From a virus, in IMG/VR virus record IMGVR_UViG_3300036886_000043, positions 33,231-97,230 of that record: a stretch of 64,000 nucleotides of DNA; one strand, given 5' to 3'. The position numbers and the translations under genes were made by a program. The notes beneath the pieces were generated by a model. That model worked only from the letters and a program-made list of their open reading frames with translations, did not search any database and was not told where the DNA came from. This document shows, in pieces, positions 45,605 through 56,383 of this stretch. Each line of letters starts with the position of its first letter. Positions within the stretch are counted from its first letter, which is position 1.

Positions 45605-46959
45605 CGCAATCATACGAAGACTCCCCACTCCCGGCCAGTGTTGACGCTGAGAAAGCAATTCTCGGGGGGATCCTTTTAGATAATGAAGCCTTCTTTGATG
45701 ACTCCCTAGACCTTACAGCCGAAGATTTCAGTTTAGACTCGCACCGCCGCATTTTTCTGCGGATGAGCGAGATCATGTTTGGGCTTACACCGGATGCTCA
45801 CCACGTAGACATCGTTACGCTGGCAAACGAATTGGCCCGGAACAAGGAAATCGAATCCATCGGCGGAGTTGCTTACTTGGCCTCGTTGACGGAAGGATTA
45901 CCGCGGCGCCCGGTGATCGAAGAATATGTACGGATCGTCAAGGACAAGGCGCGGCTGCGCAAGCTCATGCTTGTCTGCTCGACAACCATTGCCCGTGCTG
46001 CCGACCAAAGCGAGAGTTCTCTTGGAGTCCTCGGTGAACTGGAAAACAAGCTCATGGAGATCAGCGCCGATGGGCCAGAGCATTCGACACCGATAGGGTC
46101 TATCGACGTTGAATCGGGAATCAGGGGGAAGCGGACCATCTCCAATGAGCGGACGGCCTTGGAAATGACATGGGGAGTGAAGGGCTTGGACGAGTTCACA
46201 CACGGCGCGTTCAAAGGGGAGTTCACGATTGTTGGCGGAGAAGAAAGTTCTGGAAAATCGGCGTTCCTTTTGCAGATGCTCGTTGCGAATGCTCTGGAAG
46301 GTACTCCCTGCGGACTGTTTTCTTTAGAGATGTCGAAGGATCAGGTCAAGCGGAGATGCTACCCGCTGTTGAGCGATATTCTGACCAGCGGCCAAATCCG
46401 CGATCCACGGTTGATGAACCTCCACACTCACGTACCGGAAATGGAGCGGGTGACGGAGGAACTGGCAAAGCTCCCCATCTACATCGACGACACGCGAGAG
46501 TTGCGGATCGACAAGCTGATCGTCAGGATGCGGATGATGCGACGGAAATTTGGGGTGAGGCTGTTTGGAGTAGATTTTATGCAGTTGATAAAAGTCATGC
46601 CGAAGATGCAGCACTTGGAAGCGTTCATCGACATGGTAATCAAGCTCAGGGATTTTCCAGCGATGATCGAGCCGGACTGCCATCTGGTAGCACTCAGTCA
46701 ATACTCGAATCAGGACAACTTTTTGAAGTCGAAGAAGCGAGGGACGAGCAGTTATTATGGTGGATCAGTGATCCGGTATGCGGCTCAGAACCTTCTAATG
46801 ATTTCGGTTGAAGATCCAGAGAAAACCGAGAATGACTTGTTGGAAGCCGCATTCAGAATCGCAAAGCAACGCGACGGCAAGCGCGGAACGGTGAAGTGTT
46901 CTTATGACAAAAATCACTACAAGTTCACGTACCCAACTCCATACCTGAAAGGAACATGA
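45601..46959 (+). CDS. dnaB: replicative DNA helicase DnaB
   Basis: AEKAILGGILLDN; DF...HRRIF; GGVAYLASL; GKS; FSLEMS; IYIDD; VDFMQL; ALSQ; IAKQRDG. Confidence 0.93.
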   Translation: MTQSYEDSPLPASVDAEKAILGGILLDNEAFFDDSLDLTAEDFSLDSHRRIFLRMSEIMFGLTPDAHHVDIVTLANELARNKEIESIGGVAYLASLTEGLPRRPVIEEYVRIVKDKARLRKLMLVCSTTIARAADQSESSLGVLGELENKLMEISADGPEHSTPIGSIDVESGIRGKRTISNERTALEMTWGVKGLDEFTHGAFKGEFTIVGGEESSGKSAFLLQMLVANALEGTPCGLFSLEMSKDQVKRRCYPLLSDILTSGQIRDPRLMNLHTHVPEMERVTEELAKLPIYIDDTRELRIDKLIVRMRMMRRKFGVRLFGVDFMQLIKVMPKMQHLEAFIDMVIKLRDFPAMIEPDCHLVALSQYSNQDNFLKSKKRGTSSYYGGSVIRYAAQNLLMISVEDPEKTENDLLEAAFRIAKQRDGKRGTVKCSYDKNHYKFTYPTPYLKGT

Positions 46960-46960
46960 G

Positions 46961-47740
46961 ATGGCAACAATCAGTATTTTGCAGCCAATATCCGAAGACG
47001 CAGAGCTTCGGAAGAAGGAAGCCAAAGAGCATTGGAAGGCGATCCAGCAGTCGGGACCGCTGGTATCCACTAACAGCCTGCGGATTGGGTTTCATGCTGC
47101 GGCTTTGAAACGAAACAATCTCTTCGGTCTACTCGGTTACGCCAGCGAGAAGGACGCCCAGGAAGCATCAGGAATCAAACAGGCGACTTGGTACAACGTC
47201 ATGCGGATAGCTGAAGCGTTCCCGAACGTCGAGGAAAAGCTCTTCATCGCCATGAAACTCACGAACGCAGAAGCCGCTATGGACTTGCCCGAGTCGAAGC
47301 GGTTTACGGAATACTGGCTGCGCCGGGCTGCAACCGATCCGATTGACCTCTTTCAAGCCGCTGTGGATACAGAACTGGACGGCAAAGCAAAGGAATCGGA
47401 CGGCAAAGAGCGAGTGGTTTCCTACAGCGTTCGGATGCCGAAGTCGAGGAAGACGGCGGTCGATGCCGGCCTGAAGGAGTACGCCAAAGAAGTTGGGTGT
47501 GAAGGTGACGATAGCAAAGCTCTGGAACTTATGGTGGCAGAGCATACTGGCGGCGGCGTTTCTCTTGTTGGCAGTGTGCATTTCGCACTTCGTAAGATTG
47601 CGGAAATCAAGAAACTAAATAAGACCAACATGAGTGCGTCCGAGATGTTGGAAATGTCGTATGAGATGCTGGACGAGGTGGTTGAGCATTTCAGGAAGGC
47701 GCTGGAAGGATTCCAAAATTTGGAATCGAGTGGAAAATGA
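46961..47740 (+). CDS. hypothetical protein
   Basis: 259-aa ORF in the operon. Confidence 0.65.
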   Translation: MATISILQPISEDAELRKKEAKEHWKAIQQSGPLVSTNSLRIGFHAAALKRNNLFGLLGYASEKDAQEASGIKQATWYNVMRIAEAFPNVEEKLFIAMKLTNAEAAMDLPESKRFTEYWLRRAATDPIDLFQAAVDTELDGKAKESDGKERVVSYSVRMPKSRKTAVDAGLKEYAKEVGCEGDDSKALELMVAEHTGGGVSLVGSVHFALRKIAEIKKLNKTNMSASEMLEMSYEMLDEVVEHFRKALEGFQNLESSGK

Positions 47741-48072
47741 ACCTGCCTGCCTTCCCAAAACCCAGTCAAGTGAAGAAGCCCCCTGTGGCTGTCCGCGTTT
47801 TCAGGGGCGGCCGCGAAGTTTGCAACCACCTGATAAAAGCCGGGAGGGACGAATACGAACGCCGGAAACGGAAGGCTTGGGAGGACCAAAAGCACATCTG
47901 TGCAATTTGCCATAAGCCTTTGAACTGGGCAGATACGACAGCAGACCATATTAAGGTTCGCGGCATGGGCGGCGGCTCCCGTGATGACAGACAGGAGAAC
48001 TTGGCGGCGGTTCATTGGACCTGCAATACGCAACGTGGCTCAAGAACAAAGGGATTCTATGGGGTAGATTGA
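47737..48072 (+). CDS. small HNH endonuclease
   Basis: CAICHKPL...TADHIK...GG...ENLAAVHWTCNTQRG. Confidence 0.85.
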   Translation: MNLPAFPKPSQVKKPPVAVRVFRGGREVCNHLIKAGRDEYERRKRKAWEDQKHICAICHKPLNWADTTADHIKVRGMGGGSRDDRQENLAAVHWTCNTQRGSRTKGFYGVD

Positions 48073-48117
48073 AAATGTTGTGGCAGAACGGGGCCGATTT
48101 CCCTTACCATTGGGGAT

Positions 48118-49479
48118 ATGAAGCGTCTCTGGATAATCATTTGCGCTCTGGTTCTGTCTCCGCTCGGGTGGGCGCAGTCCATCCCAATCTCAGGGTTCGT
48201 CGTGGACCAGTACGGAAGTCCGGTAGCTGGGGCACAGGTTTTCATTTGCTCCGCGGCCGGATCGAGCGGCCTTCCCTGTACCCCGCCAGCGTCGATCTTT
48301 CAGGACTACGACCTCGCAACGCCGGCGCCGAACCCGACGCAAACCGATGCAAACGGGAATTTCAACGTCTACGTTGGGCCGCTGGCCTTCCCAAACACCT
48401 ATGTCGTCAACATGGTAACGCCATCGGGTCCGACTTACACCCAACTCTACCCTGGTCCGAGTTGCCCTTTGGGCGGCTGCACCTTCACGGGGCCGATAAC
48501 GGGAACACTGTTTAACGCCACGGCGAGTCCGTATTTTGAAGTGAATGGGACGCAGCTTGCCAGCACGAATCTCTTGGATACGGCCAATATCGCCTACCTC
48601 AACGCTCAAAACACCTTCACGGGCAGCAAGCAGACGGCGCCGATTTGGAACGCGACGACGGGGTTTCAGGTAGGCGGAGTGGCTCTAGCCTCGGCAAACT
48701 TGTCGGACACCGCAAATCTTGCTTACTTGAATCTCTCGAACACGTTTACGGGGACCACCAACACGTTCAAAGCCGTAGTGGGGACAACGATCACAGGGAC
48801 CACGATCAACGCCACAACGGGCTTTCAAGTTGGCGGGGTCGCACTATCAGCCGCGAACCTGAGCAACGGCGTCTCGGGAACCGGCGCTGTTTGCTTGGCA
48901 TCTGGTAGCATTTGCTCGACTTCTTCTTCGGAGTATTACCAGACGGTAGCGGCGAACGGTGTAGCGCAGACTCAACGCCCTACATTGAATTTCTCGCCAC
49001 GCTTTACTCTTACGGACTCGGCTTCTCCTGCTAAGACCACTGTTGACCTTGCGACAAGCGGAGTGACAGCGGGGAGCTACACACTTGTCAGTATTATTGT
49101 AGATGCTTACGGACGCATCACAACGGCAACGAATGGGAGCATCGCAACAAGTCAAAAGAACTGTCTGAGTGTAGCTTGCGCGGGAGGAAGCACTTACACA
49201 ACTGGAGTGACATACACCAACTCAAGCGGCGTGCCGGTGATGGAGGAAGTGACGTATTCAACACTTGCCGCATCGGAGTGTACTGGGGCGAACTCTTACA
49301 TCACAGCATATGTAAATAGCAGCATCGTAGGGGCAGCCGGCGTGTCCAATGAGTGTCAAGGCACCAATTCCACATCTTTCATTGTTCCGCCAGGCTCCAC
49401 GTTCGAGGTTGTCTACGGAACTTTTGGTACGGCCCCTAGCTCTTGGGCGATTTCTGGTTGGGCAGAGGTGTCTCTATGA
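48118..49479 (+). CDS. fibre-like protein with N-terminal signal peptide
   Basis: MKRLWIIICALVLSPLGWA; repeats ANIAYLNAQNTFTG and NATTGFQVGGVAL; SGVTAGSYT...VDAYGRIT. Confidence 0.7.
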   Translation: MKRLWIIICALVLSPLGWAQSIPISGFVVDQYGSPVAGAQVFICSAAGSSGLPCTPPASIFQDYDLATPAPNPTQTDANGNFNVYVGPLAFPNTYVVNMVTPSGPTYTQLYPGPSCPLGGCTFTGPITGTLFNATASPYFEVNGTQLASTNLLDTANIAYLNAQNTFTGSKQTAPIWNATTGFQVGGVALASANLSDTANLAYLNLSNTFTGTTNTFKAVVGTTITGTTINATTGFQVGGVALSAANLSNGVSGTGAVCLASGSICSTSSSEYYQTVAANGVAQTQRPTLNFSPRFTLTDSASPAKTTVDLATSGVTAGSYTLVSIIVDAYGRITTATNGSIATSQKNCLSVACAGGSTYTTGVTYTNSSGVPVMEEVTYSTLAASECTGANSYITAYVNSSIVGAAGVSNECQGTNSTSFIVPPGSTFEVVYGTFGTAPSSWAISGWAEVSL

Positions 49480-49490
49480 GAGGGACAAGT

Positions 49491-52400
49491 ATGAAAAAGA
49501 TTTTAGCTGTAGTGTCACTAGCAATAGCGGCTTCGGCGACCTATGGGCAGACGATCTCAAATGTTTATGTGAGCGCCAGTACGTCAACGACGGCAACGAT
49601 TGTCTGGACGACCAGCACGCCGGCCAAGTCTCAGATCCGCTACGGCCTCGACAACACGCTGCCATTTTCTAACAACACAAACTACGCGCTCGTCACTTCG
49701 CACTCGATGACGTTGACGCTGTTGAACGCTGCACAGCCGTACTATTTCGCGGTAGTCTCGGTGGATGGCGGGGGGCACTCAACGCAGTCCTCGACCTACG
49801 AGTTTGCTCTTTGCGGTCAAGGAATTGTTCCTGCGACGGGGACTGTGAATCTCTTTTACGGATTTGGGACAGCGACGTTGACGTGGGTTCCACCGGCCGG
49901 CGCCAGCGGAAGTCCGACGATCTGTGGGCAACCAGTGCAAACTACCATGACCGCGACTCTGAGCCAAATGGGAAGTTTCTCAACAAGCGTAGCGGATGCT
50001 TACAAGGTAACGCCGGGACCGGGGACGTGGACAGTGGCGGTAGCGGACATAGGGGACATTGCCCCAATCAGCATCACGGAGCCGCTGTCAGTTGCCAACC
50101 AAGATGTATCTGTACCTTTGCAGGCCGCAGCCGCGGGGGCGGGGCTCACGTGGTTTTATGGAAACATGATCACCCATGCAACCTATCCGTCGATTGCGCC
50201 CTTGTTCGGTTTGCCGACAAATAATCCCACATTCACGGGAACGATAACAGGGCCGCAATATGTTCTTGGGACATCTCCTTTCGTGTCGAGTACGGATGGG
50301 ACGGGATCTCAGGTTGTCACAAAGACTCCGAGTGGAGCATGTGCAATTGCAAGTGGTTGCACGGGCGCAACCACGCCATCCGCGGCGTTGGCGAACCTAT
50401 TTGCTGGCCCGGTTATCAGCATCCATAACTCGCAATGCGGCGGCGTGGTAAACGGGACGACGGACGATACAGCGGCATGGACAGCTTGCATTGCAATAGC
50501 GTCGGCGCAGAATGGTACCGTCACGACGGATGGGTTGTCGCTGCTGAAAAGCACGCCAACGATTCCGAGTGCGGGAAACTTCCGCATCCAAGGCACAACT
50601 CCCGGCGCGGGGATGTACTTCTCGAATCCGGCCGGATTTCCAAACACGACTGTATCTCCCTGGCTCTACGGCTCGGTTATCAACGCGGGGCTGTTTTTTC
50701 CGACTGGAACCTCCAATGTAGAGATCGACCACATGAATCTGACCTGCGACCCTTCGACTTCTACCGGATGCAGGCAGGTGGTGTTCCTGCTGGACGACAA
50801 TAATATCAATCTGCACGACAACCATTACAGCGGAGGTTGGGGCGGAACAGGCAGCAACATCGACCTACAGGGCGGCCACGACCTTACTTTCAAGGACAGC
50901 ACGGGGACCGGCTATTACACGGCGGCAGTGTTGACGAACGATAGTAGCGGCTTGGTCGGGGCACCGCTGCGCGTGCATGTGCAGAACTTTACGGCTTCTG
51001 GCGGAAACCCCGCCAGCACAAATGACCCCACTCCATTTATATTCTTTGACACGCAGTTCAGCGATCTGACGGACAGCACTATAGACCAAGGCAACGTACC
51101 AGTTCAACCCGGCACGGGCGGGTCATACGGCGCTGGATTTTACACCGTGAGCAACACTTCCTTGCGCATCTTGTCACTGACAGGCAAGGGGCCGACGATG
51201 GCAGCAACGGTGCCGGGAAGCGCACCAGTCTCAGTGAGCAGCGCCAGCGGAAACGGCACCACTCTCACCCTTAATCTTGGCACACCTATCTTTGCGGGGG
51301 TGCCTTCGCCGGCGGCGAGTCCGGTGGGCGGCATTTCAGGGATTACCTGCGGAAGCGGATCGTTGCCGAGCGGAGCCTACTACACGATTACAGGAACAAG
51401 CCAAGTAACCATTCCGGCCAGTTGCGCATCCCCGACTTTGAGCAGCGCGGTGTTTTGGATGTACGGCTATTTGCCAGACATCGGCCAGTCTTTCTATGTA
51501 AACTTGCTTGGCGTTCTCAACGGCACTGGCGCGCCGATCAGCAGTCTTTCCTACACTTATCCCTACATCACATCGACCATTTCTACAGGACACTTCTCAC
51601 CGCTTAATGCAGGGATATTCTCCTGCTCCCTGGCCGGAATCACAGTACCGACCGTGCCGACCGTCACAGCAAATATAGTTGCCGGGGCAATCACCAGTTA
51701 CACCGTGAACACCGGGGGGGCCAATGCCACCATCGACTACACAATTGTAGTTACCGATCCTACAGGAACGGGAGCTACAGTCGGAGCGCAGACTTTCAAT
51801 TCCAGCGGAGCGTTGACCGCACTGGGGACTGGACTGATTACCGGCACTGGCTATACAAACCCCACCGTGACCTTAACCGGGGGCGATGGGTTGTCTGGAG
51901 CCTATGGATGCCAGATTGCCAGCGTCGCGCCAGACACGTTTACAGTGCAGGCACAGCTTGGATTACACGCTACGATCCCCGCCGGAGCGGTTTCTTCCGC
52001 CGTGATGCAGACCACCTTGAGCGGCCCTGTGATGGCGACCGTCACGGGATATGGCGCGTTCAGCTTCGATCTTGAGGGCGGGGACTCGGCTGGAGTGAAT
52101 CTGTCGAACGCGATCACGGCAATCAGCGGCACGACGACGATCACGGTGACAGTAGGCGCAGGCTTGCTTCCCCCTGTAGGAACACAGTTCAGAGACTTAA
52201 TTACCGGGGTGACCGGGGGGAGCCTCCTGAATGGCGGGTGGGTCGTAACGGTCACGTCGCCGACGACATTCACATTCACCAATGCAGGGTCTACTGCGGT
52301 GGGCGCATCTGTCTCAGGTGCGTACTCTGTTGCGGAAGCGTATATCTATTCTGCTTTCGATGTCTCTAAGGGAAACACCTACAAGAACACGGGGGGCAGC

Positions 52401-55400
52401 GGGCTTTACCTGCAAGGATGCGATTACTGCTCTTCTAAGAATGACCAGTTTTTTAATATAGACCAACAAGAGCAAGATACTACGCTGCCTGCTGGTGGTG
52501 TCGCAATCAACAACGGCATCGGCGCTCAGATCGTTGGAGACAGCGTAGTCGGCTCTGGGCAGAACTGCTATGAGGCGGAAAGTGTCTACGGCCTTGTATT
52601 CTCCGGGAATTACTGTGAGAACCCGAAGGAAGCGGGGATTAAGTTATCTGTCGTCTTTGGCTATACGATTGGGGACTACAAGCAGCGCGGAACCTCCAGG
52701 TATGGCTTCTACGCCACTGGTCCAGTCAGCGGCACGACAGGCTTGATGGACATTGAAGGATCGAGCGCAATAGCGATTAACCCTGCTGGAAGCGGGTCAA
52801 CCCTCTTGAAGTTTGGAGGGCCAACCAGGGTGGCGAATGGCAGCGGGTACTGCCTGATGGACGATACGACCGGCTCAAGTTATGCGAACCTCGACTGCAA
52901 CGGACTGCCGATTCTACTCAGCGGTGTCAATCAGGCCTTTGACAGCCTGCATATCGAGAACATCGCCAGGGGCTTTGCCATCGCGTTGCAAGGTGCGACC
53001 AGTCCCCATTTCAACAATCTCACTGCGGCAAATATCTGGAGTCTGTTTTACACGCAAGGTAATACGACCGATCTGGAAGTCAACGTGGCGAACCTGTCTG
53101 GTATCCTTGGCGGAACCTATCAAGATCAAGGTCCGGGCTATGTGATTGGGACAACGACGAACAACTCCTACGTCATTAGTTCCATGCCCTCGGCAAGTAC
53201 CCTAACCGTTGGAGATATTGTCTCTGATTCTGTAAGTTTCAGTGGAAGCGGATATATCCCGGCAGGCACTACCGTTATGTCTATCAACTCCGGGTCTGGA
53301 TGCTCGTCAAACTGTGTGGTCATGTCGCAAAAGGCAACTGGTGCCGCGTCGGGCGAAACCATCGCCGTTTTCGGTTCCATTCTCACCGGCCTGAAATGGT
53401 ACAACGTGACAACGAGCGGTACTGCGGGTCAGGGTTTTGTCTCGTATTCCACGCAGGGAATCGACATGCAGGGTGGAAGTTTCACAGGATTCGCGGGGGC
53501 GTCCAATGGGTCTGTTGACTTTAGCGGGGTTTCTGGGGTACTGGCTGGAAACAGCGTTCAAGGTGTAACCATCGTGGGCGGTTACATCGGCCTCGGTGTT
53601 GCGCAGCAGGTATCCAACCTGACGGCTTTCAACAATACGATTTCAGGCGCAATCCTGACAGGAATCAGCGACCAAACATCCAATCTGGGCAACAGCTACT
53701 TAGGCAACATCCTAAAAGGTAATCCAACTCCCACGACGATCACGAATGTCAACGCTGTAGTCGGCGGGAACGTGGCCGGGGAAGGTACCGGGACACCCAC
53801 ATCGGCGGGCATCCCTTGCAATGCGGCCTCAGTTACGAATCTCTACTATCAGGCGTCGAGTGGGAGCGGAAGACAGTCGTGGATGTGCGACCCGGTGACC
53901 GTGGCGTGGGTCCAGGTGCCGGCGCCGAGCGCGGCTACATCAGGTACAGTGACCAGCGTGGATGGCTCGGCTTCTGAAGGAGTAGAAACGGCAGTCGCCG
54001 GCGCCGTGGCTGCGATTACTACCTCTGGCATCGTTCGAGGAGCGTTTCCCTATCTAGTCGAGACTGGCGGTGTAACGCTGACCGAGGCTATGCGCGGACA
54101 CTTCATCGTCACCAGCGATTCAGGAAATGACGTTTACGTGCTACCCACACCCAGCGGGACAAGTCTCCAGAATGGCTGGTACATAGAGGTCAAGAACACC
54201 GGCACAGGAACGGTGACACTAACTCCGGCGGGCAGTACAACAATCGACGGACAGACCACTGTGGTGCTGCCAGCGAAGACTTCTATCAAGTTTCAGAGTG
54301 ATGGGACAAACTACCACTCGATGATGATTTCGCCGGGGAGTAGTAATGCGCAGAATCTTGTTTATGCTAGTCCCGCCGCCGCTACTGGTCCGCCCAGCAT
54401 GAGGGCATTGGTAGGGACAGACATTCCAGCTATCAATCTCGCGGCAAGCGGCCCAGGGGGTGTTACCGGGACTTTGCCGACAGGTAACGGAGGAACTGGC
54501 GAGGCCGGAACCATCACCGGCGTCGCGTTCCACAACGGAGCCTCAGCCGACACCGCAGCCACAACTGCGCAGCTTCAGACGGCGATTGGCTCTGGTGTCT
54601 ACGCGCCGATCACCAACGCGCCCTCTGCTTTAATCTCTGTCGCTCCAACCAGCGATATACTCTGCGCGTCAGGGAATAACTCATGGCCGAACAGCAAGAA
54701 CGTCAGCATCGCGCCATTGGCGGTCAGCAATATCATTTACAGTGCGCCCACTTTCACGTTTACAGTCGCTAGTGGGTTGAAGACGGACGGGTATATTGTC
54801 GGGCAGACAGTGCAAATTACCAGCACGACAGGCGGCACGGGAAACTTCAACGTCTCCGACTACGCAATTACCGCAGTTACCAGCCAAACATCCTTCACGG
54901 CAACCTCTGCCACAGCGACAGGCACAGCCTATGGAAGCGGCGGGACGCTTTCGATGGTCTGCAATAACAGCAGCGATGATCTGACCGTGGCACCCTTTGC
55001 TTCGACGCTTCCGTTGCCCATCATGTCCACCTACACGAGGTTTGCTGTCGAAGCGGATTTCTCTGTATTCACAGCTGCCACTGCGCCGAACGTTCAGGTT
55101 CCCAGACTATATTACAACAACAATGTATTAGTGATAGGCAGTGCAGCCCTGACTCTTCCCGCGAGTTCGGTTGCAAACCTGGGCGGCTCTTACTATACAT
55201 TTACATCGCAAAGTTCCGGGCTGGTGGATGGCGTCTTTAAAAGCCAGACGTTATCTACAACTCCGGAGTATTCCAACAGCTATGGAGTTCAATACATTTC
55301 CACTGCGGCCAGATATAATCTGGCGTTGGAAGACTTCTTCTCGGCGAGTGGCTTAGGCGGGACACTGGCGCTGACTTACAGCACTGGCGGGTTAACCTGT

Positions 55401-55652
55401 ACGAACGGCACGCAGACGGTAGGAACCTTCAATGGCGCGGGAACCGGCGGGACGGGAACGATTACGGTATCTGGCAATATCCCAAGCGGCGCGATTACAT
55501 TCACGAATCCAGGGTATGGCTACACTAGCATCCCAACCACGGCGCAAGTGGCAACGTGTACGGGCCTCACGACATTCACCAACACAGGAGCCTTGGGTGG
55601 AGCGGGACAGACGGCGCTGAGGCTGATTTCATTCACAGCGAAGCAGCAGTAG
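49491..55652 (+). CDS. about 2050-aa tailspike/adhesin-like protein (signal peptide, FN3-like domain, pectate-lyase-like beta-helix)
   Basis: MKKILAVVSLAIAASATYG; TATIVWTT...S.IRYG...H...L..L; GVVNGTTDDTAAW; G/T/S-rich. Confidence 0.75.
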   Translation: MKKILAVVSLAIAASATYGQTISNVYVSASTSTTATIVWTTSTPAKSQIRYGLDNTLPFSNNTNYALVTSHSMTLTLLNAAQPYYFAVVSVDGGGHSTQSSTYEFALCGQGIVPATGTVNLFYGFGTATLTWVPPAGASGSPTICGQPVQTTMTATLSQMGSFSTSVADAYKVTPGPGTWTVAVADIGDIAPISITEPLSVANQDVSVPLQAAAAGAGLTWFYGNMITHATYPSIAPLFGLPTNNPTFTGTITGPQYVLGTSPFVSSTDGTGSQVVTKTPSGACAIASGCTGATTPSAALANLFAGPVISIHNSQCGGVVNGTTDDTAAWTACIAIASAQNGTVTTDGLSLLKSTPTIPSAGNFRIQGTTPGAGMYFSNPAGFPNTTVSPWLYGSVINAGLFFPTGTSNVEIDHMNLTCDPSTSTGCRQVVFLLDDNNINLHDNHYSGGWGGTGSNIDLQGGHDLTFKDSTGTGYYTAAVLTNDSSGLVGAPLRVHVQNFTASGGNPASTNDPTPFIFFDTQFSDLTDSTIDQGNVPVQPGTGGSYGAGFYTVSNTSLRILSLTGKGPTMAATVPGSAPVSVSSASGNGTTLTLNLGTPIFAGVPSPAASPVGGISGITCGSGSLPSGAYYTITGTSQVTIPASCASPTLSSAVFWMYGYLPDIGQSFYVNLLGVLNGTGAPISSLSYTYPYITSTISTGHFSPLNAGIFSCSLAGITVPTVPTVTANIVAGAITSYTVNTGGANATIDYTIVVTDPTGTGATVGAQTFNSSGALTALGTGLITGTGYTNPTVTLTGGDGLSGAYGCQIASVAPDTFTVQAQLGLHATIPAGAVSSAVMQTTLSGPVMATVTGYGAFSFDLEGGDSAGVNLSNAITAISGTTTITVTVGAGLLPPVGTQFRDLITGVTGGSLLNGGWVVTVTSPTTFTFTNAGSTAVGASVSGAYSVAEAYIYSAFDVSKGNTYKNTGGSGLYLQGCDYCSSKNDQFFNIDQQEQDTTLPAGGVAINNGIGAQIVGDSVVGSGQNCYEAESVYGLVFSGNYCENPKEAGIKLSVVFGYTIGDYKQRGTSRYGFYATGPVSGTTGLMDIEGSSAIAINPAGSGSTLLKFGGPTRVANGSGYCLMDDTTGSSYANLDCNGLPILLSGVNQAFDSLHIENIARGFAIALQGATSPHFNNLTAANIWSLFYTQGNTTDLEVNVANLSGILGGTYQDQGPGYVIGTTTNNSYVISSMPSASTLTVGDIVSDSVSFSGSGYIPAGTTVMSINSGSGCSSNCVVMSQKATGAASGETIAVFGSILTGLKWYNVTTSGTAGQGFVSYSTQGIDMQGGSFTGFAGASNGSVDFSGVSGVLAGNSVQGVTIVGGYIGLGVAQQVSNLTAFNNTISGAILTGISDQTSNLGNSYLGNILKGNPTPTTITNVNAVVGGNVAGEGTGTPTSAGIPCNAASVTNLYYQASSGSGRQSWMCDPVTVAWVQVPAPSAATSGTVTSVDGSASEGVETAVAGAVAAITTSGIVRGAFPYLVETGGVTLTEAMRGHFIVTSDSGNDVYVLPTPSGTSLQNGWYIEVKNTGTGTVTLTPAGSTTIDGQTTVVLPAKTSIKFQSDGTNYHSMMISPGSSNAQNLVYASPAAATGPPSMRALVGTDIPAINLAASGPGGVTGTLPTGNGGTGEAGTITGVAFHNGASADTAATTAQLQTAIGSGVYAPITNAPSALISVAPTSDILCASGNNSWPNSKNVSIAPLAVSNIIYSAPTFTFTVASGLKTDGYIVGQTVQITSTTGGTGNFNVSDYAITAVTSQTSFTATSATATGTAYGSGGTLSMVCNNSSDDLTVAPFASTLPLPIMSTYTRFAVEADFSVFTAATAPNVQVPRLYYNNNVLVIGSAALTLPASSVANLGGSYYTFTSQSSGLVDGVFKSQTLSTTPEYSNSYGVQYISTAARYNLALEDFFSASGLGGTLALTYSTGGLTCTNGTQTVGTFNGAGTGGTGTITVSGNIPSGAITFTNPGYGYTSIPTTAQVATCTGLTTFTNTGALGGAGQTALRLISFTAKQQ

Positions 55653-55725
55653 GCAGGACCGGCCTTACGCAGTAATGGCTCCGTGGAATCGGGACGGCTG
55701 GACGAAGGGAACGAGGTAAGATGAA

Positions 55726-56166
55726 ATGGACAGACAAGACGCGGATGACCTTCGAGAACTTCGGAAGGATGTCGGAGAAATGGAACATCAAGTTGCCGAA
55801 TTAAAACCGCAAGTAGCTGTCGCGCTGGCGGGCGTCTCGAACTTCCGCGACTTCCAGGAGGAGGAGAGGGGGAACTGGTCTGAACTCAAGGCGGAACGCA
55901 AGGTTGTAGCGGATCGCCTATGGACGCGGATGCAGAAGATTGCCTTAGCCGCAATCATAGTTCCCATTGCCGTCACACTCTTAGTTTGGGGGATACGCAG
56001 CGCCTATTATTTCATCAAAGATGTGAGCCAAGCCATTCAACAAATACGTGAGCTTCACAAGGGCAATCTCGACAAGAAAAACGTGATACCGCCAACCACC
56101 GGAGAAGTCTATACTGTACGTATGAACCCGCCGCAGGACGCGGCTCTCAAACCGCACTACCAGTAA
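55726..56166 (+). CDS. single-TM membrane protein (holin/antiholin-like)
   Basis: coiled coil followed by IALAAIIVPIAVTLLVWGI. Confidence 0.55.
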   Translation: MDRQDADDLRELRKDVGEMEHQVAELKPQVAVALAGVSNFRDFQEEERGNWSELKAERKVVADRLWTRMQKIALAAIIVPIAVTLLVWGIRSAYYFIKDVSQAIQQIRELHKGNLDKKNVIPPTTGEVYTVRMNPPQDAALKPHYQ

Positions 56167-56348
56167 AGGAGAATCATGGGAACCACATGGCCAGACCCTC
56201 CACCGCCCGATCCGCCAGGAAAGAAGCCAACACCCCCGCAGCAGCCGTGCGCCGTCATCACCGACCCGCCGCCGGAAGCTACCGCAGACGATTTGGACGC
56301 CGTGGCTAGGGAGCGACAGGCCGCGCAGGACACCGCCGAAAATACCGC

Positions 56349-56377
56349 TTGACAGGCTCAGCGTGTGATGGGACAAT
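56349..56377 (+). promoter_or_regulatory. leaderless promoter
   Basis: TTGACA-17 nt-GACAAT, 6 nt before ATG 56384. Confidence 0.7.
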
Positions 56378-56383
56378 GTCCAC

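Larger units (their letters stand above)
1891..47724. repeat. dispersed palindrome TCCAAAnTTTGGA, 13 perfect copies
   Basis: starts at 1891, 7300, 11925, 14031, 18924, 21222, 25356, 27406, 31746, 37912, 40976, 44709, 47712. Confidence 0.92.

Noticed and set aside
48118-55652. Diversity-generating retroelement target repeats in the fibre genes
   Set aside because: No reverse transcriptase and no TR/VR pair were seen in this window.
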